From: Candidatus Fraserbacteria bacterium
GTDB lineage: Bacteria; Bipolaricaulota; Bipolaricaulia; RBG-16-55-9
DNA: 64,000 bases
NCBI GenBank assembly: GCA_037443265.1
Contig: JBBIOR010000005.1
Coordinates: forward strand, 18,546-82,545
Reading direction: 5' to 3'
The translations under genes were made by a program, and so were the position numbers. Positions 1 to 9,354 of this stretch are shown here, piece after piece. The notes beneath the pieces are model-generated. The model searched no databases. It saw only the letters and a program-made list of their open reading frames with translations, and was not told the DNA's origin. The first letter of the stretch is position 1, and the number at the start of each line of letters is the position of its first letter.

Positions 1-65
1 CTCAGCGGTAGAGCGTCTGCTTGCCATGCAGAAGGTCGCGGGTTCAAATCCCGTTGCCCGCTCCA
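1..65 (+). tRNA. tRNA-Gly(GCC), 5' end cut by window edge
   Basis: D-arm CTCAGCGGTAGAG, anticodon arm TCTGC-TTGCCAT-GCAGA, T-arm GGTTCAAATCC, 3' end TCCA. Confidence 0.95.
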
Positions 66-411
66 AGTCCGTCTCCTCATGCTGCCGCACACAGGTGCTG
101 AAGGCGTCATACGCGCTATATAGACCCCAAAGAGTCGCACCCACCCCGGCAAAGAGGCTGGCTGTGGTCGGAAAGAGCAGAATGGAAGCAGCTGTCAACC
201 CTACACCCACCACCAGATGTGTTACGGCCTTGCTCCTCTCCCCGTTTAGCCACTGCCCCCAACCGGGGATCACCAGAGACGCCAGACCATGCAGGAAGGG
301 ATCACAGCGGATCTCTTGCCCCTCTCCCTGAGCTAGGGCCGTCTCTGAAAACATCAACCCAACAGCCAGAGCCAGAACGCTGACAACGACTACGGAAAGC
401 AGCTTGTCCAT
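1..411 (-). CDS. Membrane protein with signal peptide and SLxxPGWGQ motif; 3' end runs off window
   Basis: Not in ORF track (no stop in window). SD GAAAGGAG before ATG at 411; MDKLLSVVVVSVLALAVGLMFSETALAQ...ASLVIPGWGQWLNG...WGLYSAYDAF. Confidence 0.75.
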   Translation of the reverse strand, partial: MDKLLSVVVVSVLALAVGLMFSETALAQGEGQEIRCDPFLHGLASLVIPGWGQWLNGERSKAVTHLVVGVGLTAASILLFPTTASLFAGVGATLWGLYSAYDAFSTCVRQHEETDLERATGFEPATFCMASRRSTAE

Positions 412-517
412 GTGAGATCTCCTTTCCCCGCCCCTTTCTAGCGCTTGCGCTCTCCCTCTGTCAAGAGGAGTGAGCGCTTGCGAACACCACCCCGTACCTC
501 GATAATGTCTTCTCATC

Positions 518-1456
518 ATGGACACACTCAAGACACGTCCTCCAACGCCCGGAGCTCCGCAGCGCGTTCGTCCCCAGCTGCCCCTCACTGGCATTGACGC
601 TGCACTCTGGGCCGTCGTCTTCATCTGGGGGGCCAATTTCGTCGTCATGAAGGCCGTCTTTGCCCTCCTTACGCCCCTGGCCTTCAACGCCGTGCGCCTG
701 ACGCTGGCGGCCATCCTCCTGTTGCTCATCCTCTTTCTGAGGGAGGGCTGGCGCCCCATGCCCCCCAGAGACTGGCTCAAGCTGGCCGGACTGGGGCTTC
801 TGGGCAATGCACTCTATCAAATCCCGTTCATCTTGGGCCTGGAGCTCACCACACCAGCAAACTCTTCGCTGCTGATTGCGACCATCCCCGTGTGGGCCGC
901 CATCTTGGCCAGGATCTTAGGCTGGGAGAGGATCTCCAGAGGCGTCTGGGCTGGAATCTTGCTCTCCTTTGCCGGAGTCCTGCTCGTGTCATACTCCTCT
1001 TCTGGAGGTTTTTCGCTGGAGGGCGACGGCTTCTGGGGAGATCTTCTGACGCTGGTGGCCGCCGTCTGCTGGGCCGGCTACACCGTCCTCTCCAAAGATC
1101 TCCTGAGGAGATACTCCCCCCTGCGCGTAAGCGCCATAGGCCTAGTGGCCGGAGTGCTCGCGCTCTGGGTCTTCTCCTACTCCCAAGTGCAAAGTACCCA
1201 CTGGGCGGGCCTCTCCTGGGGGGCCTGGGCAGCAATCATCTATTCTGGGGTCCTTTCGATCGCCCTGGCGTATGTGATCTGGGCTGCGAGCGTCAAGCAG
1301 ATCGGCGCGGCACGCACAGCCGTCTATAACAATCTCGTTCCGGTGGTGACTTTCATCGTGGCATATATCACCATGCAACAACCGTTCTCGCTCTTGCAGA
1401 TCGTAGGAGGAGCGATCGTGCTGACGGGCGTGTGGATCACCATCCGGGCCCGTTAG
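518..1456 (+). CDS. EamA/DMT family transporter
   Basis: About 10 TM segments, two EamA-like repeats (WGANFVVMK...; GDLLTLVAAVCWAGY). Confidence 0.9.
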   Translation: MDTLKTRPPTPGAPQRVRPQLPLTGIDAALWAVVFIWGANFVVMKAVFALLTPLAFNAVRLTLAAILLLLILFLREGWRPMPPRDWLKLAGLGLLGNALYQIPFILGLELTTPANSSLLIATIPVWAAILARILGWERISRGVWAGILLSFAGVLLVSYSSSGGFSLEGDGFWGDLLTLVAAVCWAGYTVLSKDLLRRYSPLRVSAIGLVAGVLALWVFSYSQVQSTHWAGLSWGAWAAIIYSGVLSIALAYVIWAASVKQIGAARTAVYNNLVPVVTFIVAYITMQQPFSLLQIVGGAIVLTGVWITIRAR

Positions 1457-2634
1457 AGCTCCTTGGGTAACTGACTGAGCACGTAGTCGCGGATCTGTTG
1501 AGGGCGGGGAAGATCTCGGACCAGATGGCCCTGCTTTAAGAATTGAACGAGCTTGGGCTCTACGGCACCTCCGCACTCTTGACAGGCCTTCAGCGGCTTA
1601 GCAAAGAGCGTGATCGTGCGCTTCCCACAGCTCTGGCACACCCAGAGCTGCTTCGCCCCGGACTCCTTCCCCCGCTTGGCGATCGTATCCCCCTCGACTT
1701 CCACAATGTCCAGCCCAAAATCGATCACCCGCGCGTTGCTGATGGCCGTGCCCACCCCATAGGCATCGGCCACTTCGTTCAGGGGCGGGATCAGGTCTTC
1801 ATCCAGGCCTCCAGAAATGAAGATTTTGACGTTCTCGTAGCCGTGGATGTCCAGCTCCCAGCGGACTTCCCGGGCGATTTCCAGCATGTCTCCGCGGCGC
1901 GAGGAGGGCGTGTCCAGCCGGACAGCATAGATGTTGCGGTCCAGAAGCTCCGCGTTCTCCAGCGCCTCGAATTTCTCGTCTCCAAAGGTGTCTACCAGGG
2001 CTACCCGCTTGACACGCTTGTCGATGACTTCATCAAACGCCAGCGTGGCCGAGACGGAATCTCCCATCACTAAGATGAGCGCGTGCGGGATCGTGCCCAC
2101 GGGCTCCTCACCTAAAAGCTCCGCGGCCACGACACTGGCCACCCCAGCACAGCCTCCAATGAAGGCCGCTCGCTCGATCATGGGCGCAATCGCCGGATGC
2201 ATTCTTCGGGCGCCGAAGCTGTAGACGGGCCGGCCTTGGGCCGCGATCACGCAGCGGGCCGCCTTCGTCGCAATGCCGCTCGCCTGGCAGAGCAATCCCA
2301 AAAGCGCCGTCTCATACACGCAGAACTCGCGGTAGTTGCCGCCGATCAAGAGCACCGGCTCGCGGGCCCCAAAGAGCGTCCCCTCCGGAAGCGCCCAAAG
2401 ATCCACAGGCATCCCCTCCAAGAGAGCCACAGCCTCATGGATACCGCAGAAGACCGCCCAATCCCCCTGAGGGAGCCTCTTGACACGGGCTTCCATCATC
2501 ACGTGTTTATCGATCTTCTTGACGTCGAGGATCTTCTTGGTGCGCTCGAAGTAGACGTCCGTGACCCGGCCCGAGCAGATCTCTTCCGGCGTAGCAATGT
2601 GAAAAGCTCGTTCTTTTGAGGCCCTCTTAGGCAT
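1453..2634 (-). CDS. pncB: Nicotinate phosphoribosyltransferase, short archaeal-like type with C-terminal Zn ribbon
   Basis: TDVYF, SFGARR, GTIPH, VRLDT, ISGGLD, GVGT motifs. Confidence 0.9.
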   Translation of the reverse strand: MPKRASKERAFHIATPEEICSGRVTDVYFERTKKILDVKKIDKHVMMEARVKRLPQGDWAVFCGIHEAVALLEGMPVDLWALPEGTLFGAREPVLLIGGNYREFCVYETALLGLLCQASGIATKAARCVIAAQGRPVYSFGARRMHPAIAPMIERAAFIGGCAGVASVVAAELLGEEPVGTIPHALILVMGDSVSATLAFDEVIDKRVKRVALVDTFGDEKFEALENAELLDRNIYAVRLDTPSSRRGDMLEIAREVRWELDIHGYENVKIFISGGLDEDLIPPLNEVADAYGVGTAISNARVIDFGLDIVEVEGDTIAKRGKESGAKQLWVCQSCGKRTITLFAKPLKACQECGGAVEPKLVQFLKQGHLVRDLPRPQQIRDYVLSQLPKEL

Positions 2635-2636
2635 GC

Positions 2637-2849
2637 TCAGACTCCGCTTGGCTCTTTTGGGTTTGGGGCGTTGGGAGTCTCTCTCTCTTCAAGGCCCATC
2701 TCCTCCGAGAGTAAGCCCTCTCCCAAAAGGCCTAGGTACTTGTCGAGAGCGCGGCGTACCAGCTCAGAGATGGGCAGCCCCGTCTCCTGAGAGAGGCGCT
2801 TCAGCTCGTGATGCTGGCGTTCAGTGATCGTCCAGTTGACCCTGCGCAT
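2637..2849 (-). CDS. Ribbon-helix-helix (CopG-like) regulator
   Basis: MRRVNWTITERQHHELKRLSQETGLPISELVRRALDKYL pattern; start placed downstream of a TTGACG-17-TATAAT promoter. Confidence 0.8.
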   Translation of the reverse strand: MRRVNWTITERQHHELKRLSQETGLPISELVRRALDKYLGLLGEGLLSEEMGLEERETPNAPNPKEPSGV

Positions 2850-2970
2850 GATGGTGTATGGATGATTGATTATAGGACGCCCAGCGGAGGCCGTCAATCA
2901 GACTCAAGGCCAGGCTGGGTTTGACCGCAGTCAGCTTCTCTGGTAAAGTACCATTCAGAGGATTCCTGCA

Positions 2971-3654
2971 ATGTGGAAGAGGCTTCAAGCGACTTTCGTC
3001 AGTGGGCTCTTGGCCCTGCTGCCCCTGGGGTTGACGCTGTTCATCCTGCTGCTGCTTTACAGAATCATCGAGGGTTGGTTGGGCTCAGGAGGCTTTCTGG
3101 GCAGCCTCATCCGCACCGTGCTTGGCCAGCAGCTCCCAGAAGGGTTCATCAATCTGCTGGCGATCCTCCTCACGGGGGTCATCATCCTGCTGGTGGGCGC
3201 GATCACCCGCTTCTACATGGGCCGCATGCTCTATCATTCCTTCGAGCGCCTGTTGCTGACCATCCCCGTCTTGCGCAAGATCTATTCCACCTTCAAGCAG
3301 ATCACGGATGCTGTCTTTAATAGAGACATGTCGGCCTTCAAGCGCGTGGCCCTGGTGGAATATCCCAGCAAGGGCCTCTATATGATCGGGTTCGTCACCA
3401 ATCCATCCGTGCCGGGCGTGGAAGAAGTCCTGGGAGAGCGGATGCTCTCGATCTTCATCATGAATCCGCCCAATCCCCTCACGGGCATCTGGCTGATGGT
3501 GCCCGAGAAAGACGTAGTCTACCTCGATCACATCACGGTAGAAGAGGGCTTCCGCATGATGATGTCGCTCGGCATGTCGATTCCGCCCGAGATCCGAGAG
3601 CGCCTCCTCAAGCGACCCCTGGTGTCACAGGCCGCGGCTGCGAAGGAGGACTGA
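2971..3654 (+). CDS. DUF502 family membrane protein
   Basis: GLLALLPLGLT, IPVLRKIYSTFKQI, VALVEYP, PNPLTG motifs. Confidence 0.85.
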   Translation: MWKRLQATFVSGLLALLPLGLTLFILLLLYRIIEGWLGSGGFLGSLIRTVLGQQLPEGFINLLAILLTGVIILLVGAITRFYMGRMLYHSFERLLLTIPVLRKIYSTFKQITDAVFNRDMSAFKRVALVEYPSKGLYMIGFVTNPSVPGVEEVLGERMLSIFIMNPPNPLTGIWLMVPEKDVVYLDHITVEEGFRMMMSLGMSIPPEIRERLLKRPLVSQAAAAKED

Positions 3655-3655
3655 G

Positions 3656-4525
3656 ATGGCCCTCTTTCGCCCCAAGAAATACTTTCGCGTGGATCTGGAG
3701 GAGAGGCCCCGCGAAGACGATGCGCTCTGGCTCAAGTGTAAGGCCTGCGGCCAGCTGGTCTTCAAGAAGAAAGTCGAGCAGAACCGCAACATCTGCCCCA
3801 AGTGCGGCGAGTATTTCTTCCTCACCGCTCGAGAGCGCATCAAACTCCTTGTCGATGAGGGCTCGTTTGCAGACATCTCCCGGCCGATTGTGGCCAAAGA
3901 TCCGCTGCGCTTCGTGGGAGCTAAGCCCTATGCCCAGAGCCTGAAAGAGGCCCAAGAAGAGACCGGTCTACCCAACGAGATCATCGTGGGAAGCGCAGCC
4001 ATTGAGGGGATTCCCGTCATTTTGGCCGTGATGGATTTCCGCTTCATCGGCGGCAGCATGGGCAGCGTCATGGGTGAGCAGATCTGTCATGGAATGCGCA
4101 CGGCCGCTCGGCTACGGCGCCCGTTCATTCTCATCTCCTCCACGGGCGGGGCCCGCATGCAGGAGGGCATCTTGAGCCTGATGCAGATGGCCAAGACGGC
4201 CGCCGCTCGGCTGCTGCTGGAGGAGGCCCGCGTCCCCTTCATCTCGGTGATGACGTATCCCACCACCGCGGGCGTGGAAGCGAGCATCGCCAGTTTGGGC
4301 GATGTGACGATGGCCGAGAAAGGAGCCCTCATCGGATTTGCGGGTCCGCGGGTGATCAAAGAGACGATCCATCAGGAACTGCCGCCCGATTTCCAGACGG
4401 ATCGCTTCGCCCTGGAGCACGGAATCGTCGATCAAGTGGTGCGGCGCGAGCAGATGCGCTCGGAGATCGCTCGAGTCTTAAGGTTCTTTGTGAGCCGAGG
4501 CGGCCCAGACCCCGGACGGAGGTAG
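3656..4525 (+). CDS. accD: Acetyl-CoA carboxylase carboxyltransferase beta
   Basis: WLKC Zn ribbon, GGSMGSV, GGARMQEG, IGFAGPRVI. Confidence 0.95.
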   Translation: MALFRPKKYFRVDLEERPREDDALWLKCKACGQLVFKKKVEQNRNICPKCGEYFFLTARERIKLLVDEGSFADISRPIVAKDPLRFVGAKPYAQSLKEAQEETGLPNEIIVGSAAIEGIPVILAVMDFRFIGGSMGSVMGEQICHGMRTAARLRRPFILISSTGGARMQEGILSLMQMAKTAAARLLLEEARVPFISVMTYPTTAGVEASIASLGDVTMAEKGALIGFAGPRVIKETIHQELPPDFQTDRFALEHGIVDQVVRREQMRSEIARVLRFFVSRGGPDPGRR

Positions 4526-4527
4526 AG

Positions 4528-5508
4528 GTGGCCGACTCGATGGAAGAGCTAGAGAAGAAGATCGCGGAGCTCAAGGAGTTGAGCCGCATCGATGGCCTGG
4601 ATCTCTCCGAGGAGATCGCGCGTCTAGAAGCCAAGCTCGCCGATCTACGGGCCGCGGCCCTCCCCAAAGAGATCGATGAGTGGGAGAGGGTCAAGTTGGC
4701 CCGCCACCCCAAGCGCCCCTTCACCCTCGATTATCTAGAGCGAATCATGGAGGATTATTATGAGCTCCGTGGGGATCGGCTCTACGGCGATGATCGGGCC
4801 ATGGTGAGTGCCCTGGCGCGCTTCGAGGGCCGCACCGTGGTGATAGTGGGCCATCAGAAGGGGCGAACACCCGAAGAGAATAGGGAGAGAAATTTCGGCA
4901 TGGCCCATCCGGAAGGCTATCGCAAGGCGCTGCGGGCGATGAGGCTGGCCGAGCGTTTCGGCTTTCCCATCTTCAGCTTCATTAACACGCCCGGAGCCTA
5001 TCCGGGCGTCGGGGCCGAGGAGCGGCACATCGGAGGAGCTCTGGCGCAGAACATCTATGAGATGTTCCAGCTTGAGGTACCCATTGTAGTGTCCATCATT
5101 GGGGAGGGCGGCAGCGGTGGGGCCCTGGGAATCGGCGTGGGAGATCGCATCTTGATGATGGAGAATGCGATCTATTCGGTGATCAGCCCGGAGGGCTGTG
5201 CCGCCATCCTCTGGCGCGATCGGGCCAAGGCTCCAGAGGCCGCGCGGGCGCTCAAGCTGACGGCTGAGCATCTGCGCGCGCTAGGGGTGATCGACGAGGT
5301 CATTCCCGAGCCCCCTGGCGGAGCCCACCATGACTACGATGCCGCCGCCCAAGCCCTCCGCCAGGCCCTCAAGCGGCACCTGGAAGAGGTTGAGACCCTT
5401 AAGCCGCAGGAGAGGCGGGCGCGACGCCGCCAGAAGTTTCTCGCCATGGGCATCTATGAGGAGCTCGCGGAGGCCCTCGAGCCTCCCGCTGGCTCCAGAG
5501 GGAGGTGA
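4528..5508 (+). CDS. accA: Acetyl-CoA carboxylase carboxyltransferase alpha
   Basis: ARHPKRP, NFGMAHPEGYRKA, GEGGSGGAL, YSVISPEGCA. Confidence 0.95.
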   Translation: MADSMEELEKKIAELKELSRIDGLDLSEEIARLEAKLADLRAAALPKEIDEWERVKLARHPKRPFTLDYLERIMEDYYELRGDRLYGDDRAMVSALARFEGRTVVIVGHQKGRTPEENRERNFGMAHPEGYRKALRAMRLAERFGFPIFSFINTPGAYPGVGAEERHIGGALAQNIYEMFQLEVPIVVSIIGEGGSGGALGIGVGDRILMMENAIYSVISPEGCAAILWRDRAKAPEAARALKLTAEHLRALGVIDEVIPEPPGGAHHDYDAAAQALRQALKRHLEEVETLKPQERRARRRQKFLAMGIYEELAEALEPPAGSRGR

Positions 5509-6239
5509 AAGGCATGCCTGCGAATCGCACGGCCGACTGCAGCGGTGAGTGCTCTTGGCTCTTCGCCGACCTGAGCTCCGAGGCCCTGGGAAAGATTCGC
5601 CGCATGTCGCGACGGCTTCACTATCCCAAAGGAGAAGTCATCTTCCAGGAGGGTGAGCCAGCGTTTGGTTTATACATCATCTGCTCGGGCAAAGTGAAGC
5701 TGGCCAAGCATTCCATCCGCGGCAAGAAACAGATCTTGAAGCTCCTAGGCCCCGGAGAGATCCTGGGCGAAAAGACCCTCTTCGATCGCGAAGTCTACAC
5801 GGCCTATGCCGAGACGCTGGAGGAGACGACACTCCACTTCATTGAGCGCGCGCCGTTCATCGAATTCTTGAGGGATCACCCCGAGGTAGCCCTGAAATTG
5901 ATCGAAAAGCTCGCCCGAGAGCTCAAGGCCTTCCAAGACAAGCTGATGGAAGCCTCGTATGAAGGCAGTCTCGAACGCCTGGCTAGGCTGCTGCTGCTCA
6001 TGGGCAAGCAATACGGCGTCCAGACGGAGAAGGGCTTAGATCTTGGAGTCGAGCTCAGCCGGCAAGAGCTGGCGGAGCTCGCCGGAATTGCGACGGAGAC
6101 CGCTATACGTATGCTCTCCCGGCTCAAAGACCGCGGCCTCATCGCCCTAGAAGGCTCCAAGATCTACATCGTAGATCGAGAGGGGCTGAGCGAGCTGGCT
6201 GAGCCGTTTCTGATCACGCTCAAAGAGAATCTCCTATGA
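5505..6239 (+). CDS. Crp/Fnr family transcriptional regulator
   Basis: cNMP-type beta-roll plus HTH LSRQELAELAGIATETAIRMLS. Confidence 0.9.
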   Translation: MKGMPANRTADCSGECSWLFADLSSEALGKIRRMSRRLHYPKGEVIFQEGEPAFGLYIICSGKVKLAKHSIRGKKQILKLLGPGEILGEKTLFDREVYTAYAETLEETTLHFIERAPFIEFLRDHPEVALKLIEKLARELKAFQDKLMEASYEGSLERLARLLLLMGKQYGVQTEKGLDLGVELSRQELAELAGIATETAIRMLSRLKDRGLIALEGSKIYIVDREGLSELAEPFLITLKENLL

Positions 6240-6249
6240 GGAGCGGCTC

Positions 6250-6915
6250 GTGAGAATGAGACTTCTGGCGTTCGGCCTGGTGTTGATCGTGCTCTTGGCC
6301 GCCAGCACGGTCATCTTGTTGGTGGACTTCCGCCTGAAAGAGAACAGAACTGCCTCGAGCCGGGCCGCTTCTGTCTCTACTCCCTCGCCCCTGTTCCCGC
6401 AAGTCGACGGCCAGATCAGCCGAGGCGAGTACGACTATCTCTATCGAGATCCCAACGGACTGACCCTCTACTGGAAGATCGACCAGACCCAGAAACTCAT
6501 CTATCTGGGATTGAGGAGCCCTGTAGCGGGTCGAGTGTCGATCTCGCTTGAGCCGACGGGTCCCGGCATGAAGGGCGGGGATCTTTTGATCGGTTTCGTC
6601 AAGGACGGCCAAGTCGAAGCCCTAGACGGCTACGCGGACAAGGCCACTGGATATACGCCCGATATTGAACTCGCCGGTGGCAGAAACGACATCCTGGCGA
6701 AAGCGGGGTCTTCGAGGCCGGAGGGCACCATTCTGGAGCTCGTGCGCAAGCTGGACACGGGGGATCCTTTTGATAAGCCCATTGTATCGGGCAAAATGAG
6801 GGTCCAGCTGGGATTTTCTGAGATCACGAACTTCGTGGGCCTCTACGGCGACAAGTGGATCACCCTTGAGGTCGAGTTCTTCACAGGGCTTGCGCAGCCC
6901 ACATCCCTTCCCTAG
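6250..6915 (+). CDS. Membrane-anchored DOMON-like domain protein
   Basis: N-terminal TM; LYWKID, GMKGGDLLIGFV, RKLDTGDPFD motifs. Confidence 0.7.
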   Translation: MRMRLLAFGLVLIVLLAASTVILLVDFRLKENRTASSRAASVSTPSPLFPQVDGQISRGEYDYLYRDPNGLTLYWKIDQTQKLIYLGLRSPVAGRVSISLEPTGPGMKGGDLLIGFVKDGQVEALDGYADKATGYTPDIELAGGRNDILAKAGSSRPEGTILELVRKLDTGDPFDKPIVSGKMRVQLGFSEITNFVGLYGDKWITLEVEFFTGLAQPTSLP

Positions 6916-6918
6916 AGA

Positions 6919-7848
6919 ATGCTGCGGCAACTGCTCTTAGGGTTATCTCGCAGTCGGCGCGCTCAAGCCTGGCTGATGAAGTCCCCTCCCATTCGCCGGG
7001 CTGCCTACCGCTTCGTCGCGGGAGAGGCCTTGGACGAAGCGATCGCCGTCGTGCGCACGCTCAACGAGCAGGGCATTTCGGCCACGCTCGATCACCTGGG
7101 AGAGAACACCCAGACGCGCCAGGCCGCCCTTCAGGCTGCGCAGGAGTATCTGAAGATCCTCGCTGCTATCCATCAAAATAATCTCAACTCCCATATATCC
7201 CTCAAGCTCACCCAAATGGGCTTAGACCTCGATGAAGATCTCTGCTTTGAGAGCGTAAAACAGATCATCGCCAGGGCTCAGCAGTATAAAAACTTCGTGC
7301 GGATTGATATGGAGAGTTCGGCTTACACTGACCGTACGCTTAAGCTCTATGAGCGTCTGCGAGGGGAGGGCTACGAGAACGTGGGCGTGGTGATTCAATC
7401 CTATCTCTATCGCAGCCGTCAAGACGTCGAACGCTTGATCCAGATGGGAGCGAATGTGAGGCTCTGCAAAGGAGCATACGCTGAGCCGCCTGCTGTGGCA
7501 TTTCCCAGCAGACGCGCAGTCAATGAGAATTATCTGAGGCTTTTAGAATTGCTCTGGAGCGCCCCAGCTCAAGAGAGAGGCACCTATGTGGCCATTGCCA
7601 CCCATGATGAGAAGATCATGGAGTGGGCCAAGAGATTCGCTTTAGCTCACGGCATCGCCAAAGATCGCTTTGAATTTCAGATGCTCTACGGCATCCGCCG
7701 GGATCTGCAGACCGCGCTCACCCAGAGCGGCTATAGGGTGCGGGTCTACGTCTCGTATGGGCGGGAGTGGTATCCGTATTTCATGAGGCGCTTGGCCGAG
7801 CGCCCAGCCAATCTCTTCTTCTTAGCACGCCACCTCTTCCGAAAATGA
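6919..7848 (+). CDS. Monofunctional proline dehydrogenase
   Basis: RFVAGE, RIDMES, VRLCKGAY, IATHD, EFQMLYG, YFMRRLAERP. Confidence 0.93.
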   Translation: MLRQLLLGLSRSRRAQAWLMKSPPIRRAAYRFVAGEALDEAIAVVRTLNEQGISATLDHLGENTQTRQAALQAAQEYLKILAAIHQNNLNSHISLKLTQMGLDLDEDLCFESVKQIIARAQQYKNFVRIDMESSAYTDRTLKLYERLRGEGYENVGVVIQSYLYRSRQDVERLIQMGANVRLCKGAYAEPPAVAFPSRRAVNENYLRLLELLWSAPAQERGTYVAIATHDEKIMEWAKRFALAHGIAKDRFEFQMLYGIRRDLQTALTQSGYRVRVYVSYGREWYPYFMRRLAERPANLFFLARHLFRK

Positions 7849-7849
7849 G

Positions 7850-7882
7850 AGAGAGCAGGAGGACTGAGTCCTCCTGCTCTCT
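7850..7882. terminator. Perfect hairpin between convergent genes, probable bidirectional terminator
   Basis: AGAGAGCAGGAGGAC-TGA-GTCCTCCTGCTCTCT; no clear U tract. Confidence 0.6.
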
Positions 7883-7955
7883 GGCTAAGATCCCCTACGC
7901 TCTGCTTGCCGCCAAAGGGGTGATCCTAGCTAGCTCCTCATTTGGGATTCCGTCG

Positions 7956-9107
7956 TTAGAGCAGCACAGCAGCCACAATGGCCGCAAGACTAGCCAAGAG
8001 AGCCACGACTGCCAGCCCCTGGGCTGCATCGGCTCGAGCTTGAGCTTCCTTGAGCTGCTTGGCTGCGATCTCCTCGACCTGGAGCCGGATCTCCTCCCTC
8101 GTCGGAACTTGAGGGATCTTGATGGAGGCCAGCACCTCCGTCTTGATCTCGGTCTTGAGTGTGGCGATGGCTTCCAAGGTCTCATTGAGCTTGCGGGCCA
8201 AGGCCTCGACCCTCTGTGCCAGAGTGTCCTGAGGCTTCTCACCCAGCTGAGCTTGGATCTTCTCGATCTTGTCAGACTGTTCTTTGATCTGCATTGCCAG
8301 CTGGGCGATCTGAGGCTTTAGCTCGGCCAGCTGCTGTGTGAGATCCCGCAGTTGGGCCACGCGGGCCTCGGTCTTCTCCTGACGAGCCGCCAGCTCCGCA
8401 ATCTGGACCTGCAATTGGGAGAGCACCTGGGTGAGGACGTCGATCTGAGCTAGGACATCCTGCAGCCTGCGCATGCGCCCCTCCTGATCATCCAGGCGGG
8501 CTGCCAGGCCATTTAGGCCCATTTGCAGCGCGGCGCTTTGGTCCTGCAGCTGACCCACACGGCCATCGAGCGCGTCCAAGCGGCTGAAGATCTTGCCCAA
8601 ATTCTCCTGGAAGGCGCTGGTGACCGTCAGGGTCTTCTCCACCGCCTCCTGGAGCTTGGTGATGCCCAGCTCGTTGGCCGCGAGCCGATTCTGAAGAGCT
8701 GTGATGCTGTCAGAGAGCTTCGCGTCCAACTCGGATACTTTGCCCTTGAGAGAGGCCACCTGTTGCGGCAGCTCGTTTAGGGCTTCCACGGCCTCCGAGA
8801 GCTTGGCCACAGTCCCCGAGACCTTCTTGATCTCAAAGGTGTTATCCTTGGTGAGGTTCTCCACGGTGAACAGCCGTGGCCGGAAATTCTCCAAGTCGGA
8901 GACGACGTTTTCGGAGACCCGTTGCACCTGCAAGGTGAGGGCTTTGACCAACGACTCCAAGTCGTCGATCATGGCCTCCAGCTGCTTGATCTTCTCGCTG
9001 ACACTCTTGTCCTCGGCTGCCAAGGCAGAGCTTGGGGAGAAGAGGACAAAGAGCGCCACAAGCAGCACGGCCAGAGCCGTCCATTGGAACGCCTGTAACG
9101 TACGCAT
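7956..9107 (-). CDS. Exported long coiled-coil protein with C-terminal membrane anchor
   Basis: Signal peptide ending ALA, heptad-rich body, terminal GLAVVALLASLAAIVAAVLL. Confidence 0.8.
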   Translation of the reverse strand: MRTLQAFQWTALAVLLVALFVLFSPSSALAAEDKSVSEKIKQLEAMIDDLESLVKALTLQVQRVSENVVSDLENFRPRLFTVENLTKDNTFEIKKVSGTVAKLSEAVEALNELPQQVASLKGKVSELDAKLSDSITALQNRLAANELGITKLQEAVEKTLTVTSAFQENLGKIFSRLDALDGRVGQLQDQSAALQMGLNGLAARLDDQEGRMRRLQDVLAQIDVLTQVLSQLQVQIAELAARQEKTEARVAQLRDLTQQLAELKPQIAQLAMQIKEQSDKIEKIQAQLGEKPQDTLAQRVEALARKLNETLEAIATLKTEIKTEVLASIKIPQVPTREEIRLQVEEIAAKQLKEAQARADAAQGLAVVALLASLAAIVAAVLL

Positions 9108-9329
9108 TGGATGTATCCCCCCTTTAGCGTTGGCTCCATTCTAAAGAGGCGTCCAGGGAGGATCGGTAATTGAAGTCACCTTCGAGGGCATCCGCTTACG
9201 AGATGGGGATGGGAGCCGCATCCTTCCCCTGGTCGCCCCTGATGCCTGGCAAAAGCGGCAGGGGTGTAGCTAGAATATACTGAATTGAACATGGATTTCT
9301 GCGTTATTCTTTCTGATTCGTTTTGAGCG

Positions 9330-9354
9330 GACCGTTAATAATATCTTAACGGAC
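9330..9354. other. Candidate tyrosine recombinase core site (dif/att-like)
   Basis: GaCCGTTAA-TAATATC-TTAACGGaC inverted arms with 7-bp spacer next to a recombinase operon. Confidence 0.5.

Noticed and set aside
26..331. 101-aa plus-strand ORF
   Set aside because: Starts inside the tRNA and is antisense to a better CDS with SD and signal peptide
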